DNA from: Leptolyngbyaceae cyanobacterium
Lineage (GTDB): Bacteria > Cyanobacteriota > Cyanobacteriia > Phormidesmidales > Phormidesmidaceae
Assembly: GCA_050331235.1 (NCBI GenBank)
Contig: JBHJHA010000106.1
Location: 1-25,229, forward strand
Reading direction: 5' to 3'
DNA: 25,229 nucleotides
The notes under the pieces are model-generated. The model had not been told where the DNA came from. It searched no databases and saw only the letters and a list, made by a program, of their open reading frames with translations. Positions 16,898 through 25,229 of the stretch are shown one piece after another; the stretch's first letter is position 1; each line of letters starts with the position of its first letter. A program made the position numbers and the translations under genes.

Positions 16898-17554
16898 CTA
16901 TTCCCTCACCTTGGGGCAAGGGCGATCGTCGGGTGCTGCCATGGAGCAGGCGTCGACTAGGCAAGACGCTTGATAGCAATCCTCAGTGGCTAGTGGCGGT
17001 GGGGGAGCCCCAAAGACCATTTCGCAACTGTAGTCTTCAAAGTTGGGCGTCATCGTGAGGGGAATGCCAAAGTCCTGGGTGAAAAAAGTCTGGGTTGGCA
17101 GCTTACACATGTTGATACACATGCCGACACAGTGACTTTGCTCTAGGTAGCGACATTTTTGAATGTGGACACCGCTGGCCTGTTCACGGGACTGCCCCTC
17201 AGCATCGAGTACGGTGACGGTTTTCACATCGCAAGGCCCTACCAGCCATTCAAATAGAACGGTGGCGAACCAGGCATTGAGCTCACAGACGAGTTGGGTC
17301 GGTGAAAACAGATTACGAATGAGCCAGAGCACGGGGGCCGGGACTAGAGACTTGAGCACAACGGCGACAAGGGCCTGCTGCTCTTGGGCATCACGACCCC
17401 GCATGATTTTTTGCGATAAATCAACAAAGCCGTCGTACCCGCTGAGGGCAGTTTTTTGGCCGACCGCATTAGCCATCTTGCGGCTAAAGAGACGAATAAA
17501 GATGCGGTCAATGAGGGTATCGTGATATTCCGTTCGGGCTTCCCCGGTTTGCAT
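16898..17554 (-). CDS. DUF4033 / D27-like (beta-carotene isomerase family) protein
   Basis: FEWLVGPC, GVHIQKCRYLEQSHCVGMCINMCKLPTQTFF, GIPLTMTPNFEDYSCEMVFG. Confidence 0.88.
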   Translation of the reverse strand: MQTGEARTEYHDTLIDRIFIRLFSRKMANAVGQKTALSGYDGFVDLSQKIMRGRDAQEQQALVAVVLKSLVPAPVLWLIRNLFSPTQLVCELNAWFATVLFEWLVGPCDVKTVTVLDAEGQSREQASGVHIQKCRYLEQSHCVGMCINMCKLPTQTFFTQDFGIPLTMTPNFEDYSCEMVFGAPPPPLATEDCYQASCLVDACSMAAPDDRPCPKVRE

Positions 17555-17621
17555 GATGAGCTGGCGATCACCTGATCAATGGTTTGTTTACTCTAGCGCG
17601 ATCGCTGCTTGCGCCTAAATT

Positions 17622-18353
17622 TTATAAAGCGGGGCGAAACTGGCCAATTTGGGTGAGTTGATCGGTCTCGACTTGTACAACGACCGCTTCTCCTGACTGG
17701 GGAAAAATGTCAGTCAGGCCTGTGATATTGACTTGGTGGGTCACCATGATGATGACTCCGCCCGCATCTGCTTCTGACACCAAATATTCTTTAACTGCGG
17801 TGGTCTGAGCCGTACTCGTACTGCGATCTCGAAAGAAAGAATTTAGCTCTGGGTACGCCTCCACCTGACCCACGTCCATGAGCTCAGCCGTCTCCAGGCA
17901 CCGGCACCATTGGCTAGAGAGGATCTGCCGGACAGCGACACCGCGATCGCGAAAGGCTTGTCCGATCGCCACGGCTTGCTCACGCCCCGCCTCGGACAGA
18001 TTACGTTGGGTAGAGCAATCTCCGAGCTGAAAGTTTTCGGGATCCCCCGTTCCTGGTGCCAGGGCATGGCGCAGGAGGACGACGTAAAGGGTGTCGGCGG
18101 GCTGCTGCAACTGTTGCCAAAGTTCCTCTGGGGTCGATGGTGGAACGGCATCGGTCACAGTCAGGGATGTGGGGGCCGACTCGGGCCTAGTTGGGGGAGT
18201 CTCGGCCATGGGCTCGGCGATCGGGGTGGTCTCTTCAGTCGGAGTGGGAGCGGGGGAATCGGCCCCCTCTGGCGACGGGCCACAGCTCAGGAGCCCACAT
18301 GTGGCTAGCAGCCCTAACAGGAGGCTCGGTAAGCGAGATGCGATTGATCCCAT
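17622..18353 (-). CDS. Histidine phosphatase family lipoprotein
   Basis: Lipobox LLSC after a hydrophobic stretch, Pro/Thr linker, LRHA catalytic motif, SSQWCRCLETA, VTHQVNI. The ATG at 18353 is preferred. Confidence 0.85.
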   Translation of the reverse strand: MGSIASRLPSLLLGLLATCGLLSCGPSPEGADSPAPTPTEETTPIAEPMAETPPTRPESAPTSLTVTDAVPPSTPEELWQQLQQPADTLYVVLLRHALAPGTGDPENFQLGDCSTQRNLSEAGREQAVAIGQAFRDRGVAVRQILSSQWCRCLETAELMDVGQVEAYPELNSFFRDRSTSTAQTTAVKEYLVSEADAGGVIIMVTHQVNITGLTDIFPQSGEAVVVQVETDQLTQIGQFRPAL

Positions 18354-18455
18354 GGCTGAGTCCAAGACACAACAGCTAATGCCTTTTATTTTGACAGGCA
18401 TTGCCGGTGCCCGGGCAGCTGATGCCGAGAGATTGGTCGAGGGTGTCCGCCGCCG

Positions 18456-19169
18456 CTAGAGCCACAGCAAAATGCCCAGAATAATGAGCAATCCTGAGAG
18501 CAACGACTGAAATCGCTCGGTGTTGAGCTGTTGGTTAATCCGGCTACCGATCGCGATCGCCACCAAAATTCCCGGCAAAGATAACCCATAAAGCTGGAAA
18601 ACTTTTAGGGTCCAGAGACCGGTAACGGCGTGGCCAAGGCTGATACTGACGCCGGTCGGCAAAAAGTAGCCCAGCAGTGTGGCACGAAATTGACGGGGGG
18701 CCCAGCGTCGCATTTCACCATAGATAACGATGGGCGGACCGTTGGTATTGTACGCCCCGCCTAGAATCCCACCGATAAAGCCAAATAGAGCTGCCCAGCG
18801 AGTGGTATCAAATCTGATCAGAGGCCACTGACCCAGCCGAAAAATGCCATATCCCACTAACAAACTGCCGAGGCAGCGGGTCATCAGGTCGCTGGGGATT
18901 TGGGTAATGAGCCAGACGCCGATGGGGATGCCACAGAGCGTAGAGAGGATCAACCGCCAAGCCGAGGCGAAATCAACTAAGCGCCAATGGCGGATCAAAA
19001 TGATGCTGGCAATCGTGGGCCCCACTAGGCCAAAGAGTGGAGTCGCGGTGGCGAGCCCTAATAATAGTGTGAGAGGCGGCATGGCGACTAAACCAGCACC
19101 AAAACCAAAGGTTGAGGCGATGAGGGTCGCAAGCAACAAGATGAGCGCAGTCAAGAATGATTCGGCCAT
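18456..19169 (-). CDS. Sulfite exporter TauE/SafE family membrane protein
   Basis: Multi-TM protein with two repeated halves: STFGFGAGLVAMP and GGILGGAYNTNGPPIVIY...FRATL. Confidence 0.88.
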   Translation of the reverse strand: MAESFLTALILLLATLIASTFGFGAGLVAMPPLTLLLGLATATPLFGLVGPTIASIILIRHWRLVDFASAWRLILSTLCGIPIGVWLITQIPSDLMTRCLGSLLVGYGIFRLGQWPLIRFDTTRWAALFGFIGGILGGAYNTNGPPIVIYGEMRRWAPRQFRATLLGYFLPTGVSISLGHAVTGLWTLKVFQLYGLSLPGILVAIAIGSRINQQLNTERFQSLLSGLLIILGILLWL

Positions 19170-19225
19170 GAAAGGTCTCTCGATCCCCCAACTATGATGA
19201 AAAGATGCATTCAGGACTTGACAGT

Positions 19226-20152
19226 ATGGGTGATATTAATCCCTACCGACTGAAAATTTCACAACTCCGAGCACTCGTGGCGATCGCCGATGCGGGAACT
19301 TTTAGTGATGCGGCCCTGCAGCTCGAGTTGTCGCAGTCAGCCGTCAGCCATGCGATCGCGACCCTAGAGGAGGCTTTGGGGGTTGTGCTTCTCAGTCGGG
19401 GACGTCAGGGCGCCGCCTTGACCCCCCTGGGTGAATCTGTCACCGCCCAGGGACGACAGATTATGCAATCGCTGGCAACCATTGGTCAGTTGGCTCAGCA
19501 GGCTAGAGGGTTACAGCAGGGGACCGTACGTGTCGCGGGGTTTCGCAGCGTGGCGACACACATCATGCCCGAGGTCATTCAGCAGTTTCGGGTGGCGCAT
19601 CCTAATATCCAAGTCCGCATCGAAGAATTTCAGCATTTCAGCCAGGTTGAGCAGGAAGTGCGCCACGGCAAAGCTGATATTGGCTTTACCTATTTACCTA
19701 CAACGGATGAATTTTCCGCGTGGGAACTCCTGCACGATCGCTATATCGTGCTGCTGCCCTCCGATAGCGACTACCTGGAAGGCTCCCACAACCTTGCCCG
19801 CCTGCGGCAACAACCGCTGATTTTGCCCCCAAAAAATGATGGAGATCGTGACCTGATTGATCAGTTTTTTGCTGCCCATGACCAGCCCTTAGAACCCGCC
19901 TACGAAGTACGGGAAGACTCCACAATCTTGAGCATGGTACAGCAAGGACTGGGAGCGACGATCATGGCTCACTTAGCTGCGGAACCCATTCCTCCCCAGC
20001 TACAGCAGGTGGAACTGCCCCGTCCCCTAGAGCGGGTGATCGGCGTCATTCAACTGGCAGATGCTCTGCAGCCGCCTCCGGTATACGCATTTATAGACAC
20101 GCTCCAGCGGGTTTGGCCCCTGTCTCGTCAGGTCGGGGCAGGGCGGAGCTAG
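19226..20152 (+). CDS. LysR family transcriptional regulator
   Basis: N-terminal HTH QLRALVAIADAGTFSDAALQLELSQSAVSHAIATLEEALGVVLLSR plus a substrate-binding domain. Divergent from the TauE gene. The ATG at 19226 is preferred over 19205. Confidence 0.93.
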   Translation: MGDINPYRLKISQLRALVAIADAGTFSDAALQLELSQSAVSHAIATLEEALGVVLLSRGRQGAALTPLGESVTAQGRQIMQSLATIGQLAQQARGLQQGTVRVAGFRSVATHIMPEVIQQFRVAHPNIQVRIEEFQHFSQVEQEVRHGKADIGFTYLPTTDEFSAWELLHDRYIVLLPSDSDYLEGSHNLARLRQQPLILPPKNDGDRDLIDQFFAAHDQPLEPAYEVREDSTILSMVQQGLGATIMAHLAAEPIPPQLQQVELPRPLERVIGVIQLADALQPPPVYAFIDTLQRVWPLSRQVGAGRS

Positions 20153-20294
20153 ATGGCGTCGTCCGCCAGCTTAACTGGTGGAGTTCTAAGATCAGCGCGG
20201 ATAGATTTAGATAAGTCCCTGTTCCCACTGGTGGAAATGTCCGCTATCCAGGATGATGGAAATATCAACACGGTTTGGGATTAGTGCGCGCAGT

Positions 20295-21602
20295 ATGGAG
20301 GCAGAGGCAACCTGGAACACCTTGCCAGAACAGCTGCTGGAGTTAGCCAAGCGGTCAGGTGCAGAAGCGGCAGAAGTGTTTCAGTCGAGCTCATCGGCGC
20401 ATCCCGTATTTTTTGAGGCCAATCGCCTTAAGCAGCTTGAGAGCAATAATTTAGAAGGAACAGCGTTGCGGCTATGGTATGACGGCCGCCCTGGCATTGC
20501 CGTTGCCCACGGCCCAATCGCACCCCAGGCCTTAGTGGATAAGGCGCTGGCCATCAGTCAGCTTAATGATCCAGAAACGATTGAGCTGCGGGAAGGCACG
20601 GCTCAGCGGTTTCCCGATGTTGGGCAAGAGGTCTCTATTACCCAGATGGTGGATTGGGGGGATGCGGCGATCGCCCAAATTCGCGATCGCTATCCCGAGG
20701 TCATCTGCGAAGCTGAGCTGGAATGTGACATTGAGACTACGCGATTTGTAAACTCTCGCGGGCTGGACTATGGCTACATAGACACCACGCTCAGCGGCTA
20801 CTTAGGGGTTGAATGGGTGCGCGGGGATGACTTTTTGAGCGTGGGCGATGGCCAGGTCCGGCGGAATGCCCTCGCGCCCGACCAGTTGGCAGAGCAGATT
20901 TTACAGCGCTTAGCCTGGGCCGAAAGTAACGTTGCCCCTGCGGTCGGCCGGGTCCCAGTCCTGTTTACGGCCAAAGCCGCCGACATTTTGTGGAGTACGG
21001 TGCAGGCTGCCCTCAGTGGCAAGCGAGTTTTAGAAGGGTCGTCTCCCTGGAGCGATCGCATCGGAGAAATCGTCACTTCCAGTGCTCTGACGTTGTATCA
21101 AGATCCCGATGTGGGTCCTTTTAGTTGTCCATTTGACGACGAAGGAACCCCGACGCAAAAGCTGGTCTTTATTGACCAGGGAGTGCTGCGACTGTTTTAC
21201 ACTGACCGCACCCTGGGGCAGGAACTGGGCGGGGGGTCCAGTGGCAACGGCTTTCGCCCTGGTTTGGGTAGCGCTCCTACTCCAGGTTTATTCAATACGC
21301 TGATCCACCCGGGAGCACTGACCCTAGTAGAGTGCATTCGTCAGCTAGACGATGCGATCGTGGTGGACCAAATCTTAGGCGAGACGGCAGGCATTTCCGG
21401 CGACTTTTCGATCAATGTTGACTTAGGATATCGGGTTGTCAAGGGGGAGATTCGCGGTCGGGTAAAAGATACGATGGTCTCGGGTAACGTCTACACAGCC
21501 TTGATGAATCTGCGCATTTTAGGCAATGATGCGGATTGGAATGGCGCTTGTTTCACCCCTTCGGTGCTGCTAGAGGGGCTCTCAGTCACCGGACCGCAGT
21601 AA
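20295..21602 (+). CDS. TldD/PmbA family protein (PmbA/TldE-like, non-catalytic subunit)
   Basis: GAEAAEVF, PFDDEGTP, GNGFR, SGDFS, GRVKDTMVSGN, TPSVL. No HExxH. Alternative start at 20253. Confidence 0.9.
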   Translation: MEAEATWNTLPEQLLELAKRSGAEAAEVFQSSSSAHPVFFEANRLKQLESNNLEGTALRLWYDGRPGIAVAHGPIAPQALVDKALAISQLNDPETIELREGTAQRFPDVGQEVSITQMVDWGDAAIAQIRDRYPEVICEAELECDIETTRFVNSRGLDYGYIDTTLSGYLGVEWVRGDDFLSVGDGQVRRNALAPDQLAEQILQRLAWAESNVAPAVGRVPVLFTAKAADILWSTVQAALSGKRVLEGSSPWSDRIGEIVTSSALTLYQDPDVGPFSCPFDDEGTPTQKLVFIDQGVLRLFYTDRTLGQELGGGSSGNGFRPGLGSAPTPGLFNTLIHPGALTLVECIRQLDDAIVVDQILGETAGISGDFSINVDLGYRVVKGEIRGRVKDTMVSGNVYTALMNLRILGNDADWNGACFTPSVLLEGLSVTGPQ

Positions 21603-21828
21603 CGTGTACAGGCTATGTACAGCCTGTGTGTCAGGTAGCTGATGCGTCTGGTCACAAAAGTAGTTACTCTGAATCTGCACCCTGCTATCAGCGACTAAAC
21701 AGAGTGACAACAGTCCAGCGAATGGGGTCAGGGGCCATGGCGGTTTAGTCCCACAATGCCCGCGATCGCGCAGCCTGTGGTCTGAAAAGGCTGTGTACTT
21801 CCTCCATGTTGTTTAGGCATACATCAAC

Positions 21829-24489
21829 ATGCTGCGCATTCGGCGCTTGCACAAATTTTTTGGTCCCAAGCGGGTTGCTTTTTTAGAAGCCTGCATCATT
21901 GGCGTTGTTTCGGGATTGGCAGCGGTAGCGCTGAAACAAAGTGTTGAAATTCTCACGGAATGGCGTCTGACGAGTACCCTGCCGACTTGGCTACTGTTGC
22001 CATCGGTGGGGTTTGTGGGGGGGATTATTTCGGGCTGGCTGTTGGAACGGGTTGCTCCAGAAGCGATTGGCAGCGGCATTCCTAAAGTCAAAGCGGCCTT
22101 GGCTTACGTTGATATTCCCTTAAATTTACGGGTGGCCTTAGCAAAGCTGAGCAGCACGATTTTGGCGTTAGGCAGCGGATTGTCGCTTGGTCGCCAGGGC
22201 CCAACTGTACAAATTGGAGCTGCCCTGGCTGCTCAGTTGAGCCAGTGGGTGCCGACTTCACCGGAATACCGTCGCCAACTGATTGCTGCTGGGGCAGCGG
22301 CGGGATTAGCCGCTGGGTTCAACGCTCCGATCGCCGGCGTCCTCTTTGTGGTAGAGGAGCTCCTCCAAGATTTTTCTAACTTGACGTTGGGAACGGCGAT
22401 CCTAGCGTCGTTTGTTGGGGCAGTGGTGTCTCGCCTGTTAGGGGGGCAGGGACTCAATCTGAGTAACTATGGCATGTTGCAAACGGGGCTTTCGGTGCAG
22501 GATTTGCCCTTTTTAGTACTGCTGGGCATTCTTGCCGGTGTCTTTGGGGGGATCTTTAGCCAAGGGGTTTTTGCCAGCCTGAACTTCTTTCAGCAAATGA
22601 AGACGATCAGCCTGCCTCTGCGTATTGGTTTGGCAGGGGGATTGACCGGGTTGGTGGGCATCGTGCTGCCGATCGCCGCCCAAGATAACACCGGGCTGCG
22701 GGAATTTTTGGTGACTGGCAGTGCTGCCTGGAGTGTGATCGCGATCGCCTTTGTCGTCAAATTTGCGCTGACGCTCGTGGCCTATGGATCAGGGGCTTCG
22801 GGCGGGTTGTTTGCGCCCGCGCTAGTGCTAGGGTCAGCCTTGGGATGTCTGGTCAGTTTTTTGGCGCAGGCCAGCCACGGCTGGTTTGGGCTACCAGTGG
22901 ATACGTTGGCCAGTAGCAACACAACCACCTATGCCTTGACCGGGATGGGTGCCTTTTTTAGCGCGGTGGCGCGGGGGCCCATTACCGCCATCGTCATTGT
23001 TTTTGAGATGACGGCAAATTTTAATCTGGTGCTACCGTTGATGATTGGCTCAGGACTGGCCTACCTCATCAGCGACAAAATCTCGGCGGGGTCGATCTAT
23101 GACCGGCTGCTGACCTTTCAGGGCATTCAGCTCACGGTGAATCCTTCGGAGGCAAATCCCTGGGCTGATCTGACAGCGGCGGATTTGATGCAGCGCCGAG
23201 TTGAGACCCTGTCTGCTACGATGACTATCGCTGAGGCCGTGGAAGCCTTTTCGCGATCGCACCATCGTGGCTTTCCCGTGCTGGCCCAGGGCAAACTGGT
23301 GGGCATTGTGACCCAGACCGATTTGGGCGAAAAATCACAAACCACTGCAAGCAGTCGCCTATTGCGGGACATCATGACGCCACATCCGGTGACAGTGACC
23401 CCCGAGTCTTCCCTCCCTCACGTGCTCGACCTGCTCAATCGCCTGAAAGTGAGTCGTATTCCAGTGACGGATGGCAACAAGCTGGTCGGCATTATCACGC
23501 GAGGAGATATTATCCGTGCGGAGTCTGAGCGTCTGAGCGGCAAAATGACCGAAGCGGGACCCGCCACAACCCCTTCCTGCGGCATTTATCGAATGCGTGC
23601 CCCGGCCACTGGTCGGGGCCGGCTACTGGTGCCGCTGAGTGATCCAGAGACGGCACCACTTCTACTAAATATGGCGATCGCGATCGCCCGCCAAGAGCAA
23701 TACGAGTTGGAATGTATTCACGTGGTTGTGGTTTCTCGGTCGATTCCCCCTGAGGAAGCGGCGGTTGATCTGACGTTTAGTCGGCAGTTGCTGAGTTTGG
23801 CCCAGCAGCGAGTCCAAAATTCCAAAGTGCCCTTGCATACGCAGATTCGGGTGGCCCACGACGTCGCCACAACACTGTTAGAAGTCATCAAAAAGCGCCA
23901 CATTGACAAAGTGCTGCTAGGGTGGCGGCGTCCCAACCATACGCCAGGGCGCCTAGTCGGCAAGGTTGTTGACACGCTGCTACGGCAAGCGCCCTGTCCA
24001 GTGATTGTGGTCAAACCTGGACGGGTAGAACAGCTCAACCACTGGCTATTGCCCTCTGCCGGTGGCCCAAACTCTAAGCTGGCCTTGCAGCTCATGCCGG
24101 CGTTGATGACCTTGGGTCATAACCCGCAGTTGTCGCTCTGCGCGATCGCTGCCACTGCCGAGCAGCAGCCACAGCTCAAAAAACAACTTTTGCGTCGAGC
24201 TACCTTTTTAGAACGGCGTCTTCACGTACCGGTCAAAACTCAAATGACTGTCCATGAAGACGTCGCTATGGCCATTGTCGAACTATGCCACTACCACCAA
24301 ATCGATGTGATCGTTTTAGGCGCGAGCCGTGAGGGGCTCTTTAGTCATGTGATCAAGGGCAATATTCCTCTGGAGGTGGCGTATCGCAGTTCGGCAACGG
24401 TGATTTTAGTGCAGCACAACTCGGTGAATGCTGAGCCAGCGCGTCTATTAAGTCGTGATGAAACCATTGATCCTGTACCCCGGACCTAG
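21829..24489 (+). CDS. ClC chloride channel/transporter with CBS pair and two USP domains
   Basis: GSGIP, GRQGP, FNAPIAGVLFVVEEL, GGLFAP, SIY. CBS motifs HHRGFPV and KLVGIITRGD. USP motifs LLVPL...CPVIVVK and VIVLGASREG. Confidence 0.93.
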   Translation: MLRIRRLHKFFGPKRVAFLEACIIGVVSGLAAVALKQSVEILTEWRLTSTLPTWLLLPSVGFVGGIISGWLLERVAPEAIGSGIPKVKAALAYVDIPLNLRVALAKLSSTILALGSGLSLGRQGPTVQIGAALAAQLSQWVPTSPEYRRQLIAAGAAAGLAAGFNAPIAGVLFVVEELLQDFSNLTLGTAILASFVGAVVSRLLGGQGLNLSNYGMLQTGLSVQDLPFLVLLGILAGVFGGIFSQGVFASLNFFQQMKTISLPLRIGLAGGLTGLVGIVLPIAAQDNTGLREFLVTGSAAWSVIAIAFVVKFALTLVAYGSGASGGLFAPALVLGSALGCLVSFLAQASHGWFGLPVDTLASSNTTTYALTGMGAFFSAVARGPITAIVIVFEMTANFNLVLPLMIGSGLAYLISDKISAGSIYDRLLTFQGIQLTVNPSEANPWADLTAADLMQRRVETLSATMTIAEAVEAFSRSHHRGFPVLAQGKLVGIVTQTDLGEKSQTTASSRLLRDIMTPHPVTVTPESSLPHVLDLLNRLKVSRIPVTDGNKLVGIITRGDIIRAESERLSGKMTEAGPATTPSCGIYRMRAPATGRGRLLVPLSDPETAPLLLNMAIAIARQEQYELECIHVVVVSRSIPPEEAAVDLTFSRQLLSLAQQRVQNSKVPLHTQIRVAHDVATTLLEVIKKRHIDKVLLGWRRPNHTPGRLVGKVVDTLLRQAPCPVIVVKPGRVEQLNHWLLPSAGGPNSKLALQLMPALMTLGHNPQLSLCAIAATAEQQPQLKKQLLRRATFLERRLHVPVKTQMTVHEDVAMAIVELCHYHQIDVIVLGASREGLFSHVIKGNIPLEVAYRSSATVILVQHNSVNAEPARLLSRDETIDPVPRT

Positions 24490-24967
24490 GAGCTACTTCT
24501 CATGGCAAAATTGCTCCGTTGCCTGCATAGCAAACGTTGCATGACCACAGTATAGATCTCAAAAAAGTAGGCTCATCACTCGCCCCGACCAGCAGTTTGA
24601 ACCGATTCTTAGAGGCTATGACCTCTGCGAGGTCCAGAACGGCCGCTTGTCCTAGTCGAGGGGGTGTGGAAAATCGAAATCTTCCGCTGATAAGTTAGCT
24701 GTGGTGTCGCGCTCATACCACTCATGCGCTACAGAACTCCTGTGCTCGTCTCAAACTTCGGTTTTGAAGGAAAAGTTGGAATTCTTAAAATTTTCTCATA
24801 ACTCCCTCAGACCCACTTCAGTTCAGCCGCGTTTAGTAGAGATGGTGTTGGTCAAGTACCAAGGCCCATCGAAATTAAAGCTTCGAGATCGCGCCCTCCG
24901 GTCATTGCTAGAGGCGAGCTGCTCTAAGTATTGAGCTACTTACACTGCTGTTTTTCTACTGAGTCCC

Positions 24968-25123
24968 ATGCAAATTAAGTATCTAACCGCATTTGTTGCT
25001 TCTGCTGTATTGTCTGTTGGTGTTGCGTCTTTGCCGACTGTATTGAGCTCTGCCCAGGCGAATCCTTGTGCGGCAGCCGTTGAAAATCCCTGTGCGGCCA
25101 AACCTTGTGCGGCCAAACCATGA
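24968..25123 (+). CDS. Small secreted Cys-repeat protein ([N/K]PCAA repeats); the literal frame ends at TGA 25121 but the repeat continues
   Basis: Not in the ORF track. Manual translation: MQIKYLTAFVASAVLSVGVASLPTVLSSAQA|NPCAAAVENPCAAKPCAAKP*. Sec-pathway signal peptide with an AQA cleavage site. Candidate -10 TACACT at 24941-24946. Confidence 0.8.
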   Translation: MQIKYLTAFVASAVLSVGVASLPTVLSSAQANPCAAAVENPCAAKPCAAKP

Positions 25124-25159
25124 GCGGCCAAACCTTGAGAGGCCAATAACTGAGCGGCA
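25085..25159 (+). repeat. 15-bp coding tandem repeat (about 5 units)
   Basis: Units aatccctgtgcggcc / aaaccttgtgcggcc / aaaccatgagcggcc / aaaccttgagaggcc / aataactgagcggca, plus an earlier copy at 25061-25075. Confidence 0.9.
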
Positions 25160-25229
25160 CAACAAGAAGAGACAAATAAAGATCAGGCAAAAAAATAAGA
25201 GAGCGGAAAGTAACAGCAAGAAAAAAAAA

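Larger units (their letters stand above)
690..24149. repeat. HIP1 octamer GCGATCGC dispersed through the window
   Basis: About 38 perfect copies counted by eye (e.g. 690, 1069, 1279, 6722, 14055, and an overlapping pair at 23674). This is far above chance for an 8-mer in 25 kb and is a hallmark of many cyanobacteria. Confidence 0.95.

Noticed and set aside
17622..18353. His-phosphatase as the missing GpgP for gpgS
   Set aside because: It has a lipoprotein signal (LLSC), implying an extracytoplasmic location, whereas GPG dephosphorylation is cytoplasmic. It is also on the opposite strand from gpgS.
20295..21602. PmbA/TldE as maturase of the downstream Cys-repeat peptide
   Set aside because: It is a widespread housekeeping gene, lacks the catalytic HExxH, has no TldD partner here and lies more than 3 kb away beyond ClC. 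There is no evidence of linkage.
21603..21828. Fluoride riboswitch or terminator upstream of the ClC gene
   Set aside because: Only short hairpins (ACAGGCT/AGCCTGT at 21608-21627 and CAGCCT/AGGCTG at 21771-21793) without a U tract or crcB-motif core. The ClC has GSGIP, not the fluoride-type signature.
25085..25159. Possible CRISPR array
   Set aside because: The 15-bp units are contiguous, have no unique spacers and keep codon phase. No cas genes are present.
24940..25219. Minus-strand ORFs 24940-25146 (AAQGL repeats), 24975-25190 and 24983-25219
   Set aside because: They are antisense shadows of the plus-strand PCAA-repeat gene, which has the signal peptide and a coherent Cys repeat.

Overview
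Core-genome stretch of a filamentous-type cyanobacterium. Support: psbA, psb32, a group 2 sigma factor, a KaiB-domain gene and about 38 HIP1 (GCGATCGC) octamers counted by eye. Gene order: psbA (5' part, cut by the window start) <- | cofG -> <- KaiB-domain <- pilT2 | rpsB-tsf -> conserved hypothetical -> RibD_C-like -> DUF482/GNAT -> <- Rieske oxygenase | DUF4346 -> <- psb32 <- priA | sigE-type sigma -> gpgS -> <- D27-like <- His-phosphatase lipoprotein <- TauE | LysR -> PmbA/TldE -> ClC-CBS-USP -> small secreted Cys-repeat ([N/K]PCAA)n protein. I saw no mobile element, CRISPR array, tRNA or rRNA. The most notable observations are: (1) a secreted PCAA-repeat peptide missed by the ORF track, in which three consecutive Cys positions are in-frame TGA (either recoding or, more likely, an A-biased error at a contig end); (2) priA coding sequence extending upstream to a probable non-canonical ATT start; (3) a ClC whose gating glutamate is Gln (GRQGP); (4) a KaiB-domain gene tightly coupled to pilT2. 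Family assignments come from motif recognition, not from database searches.
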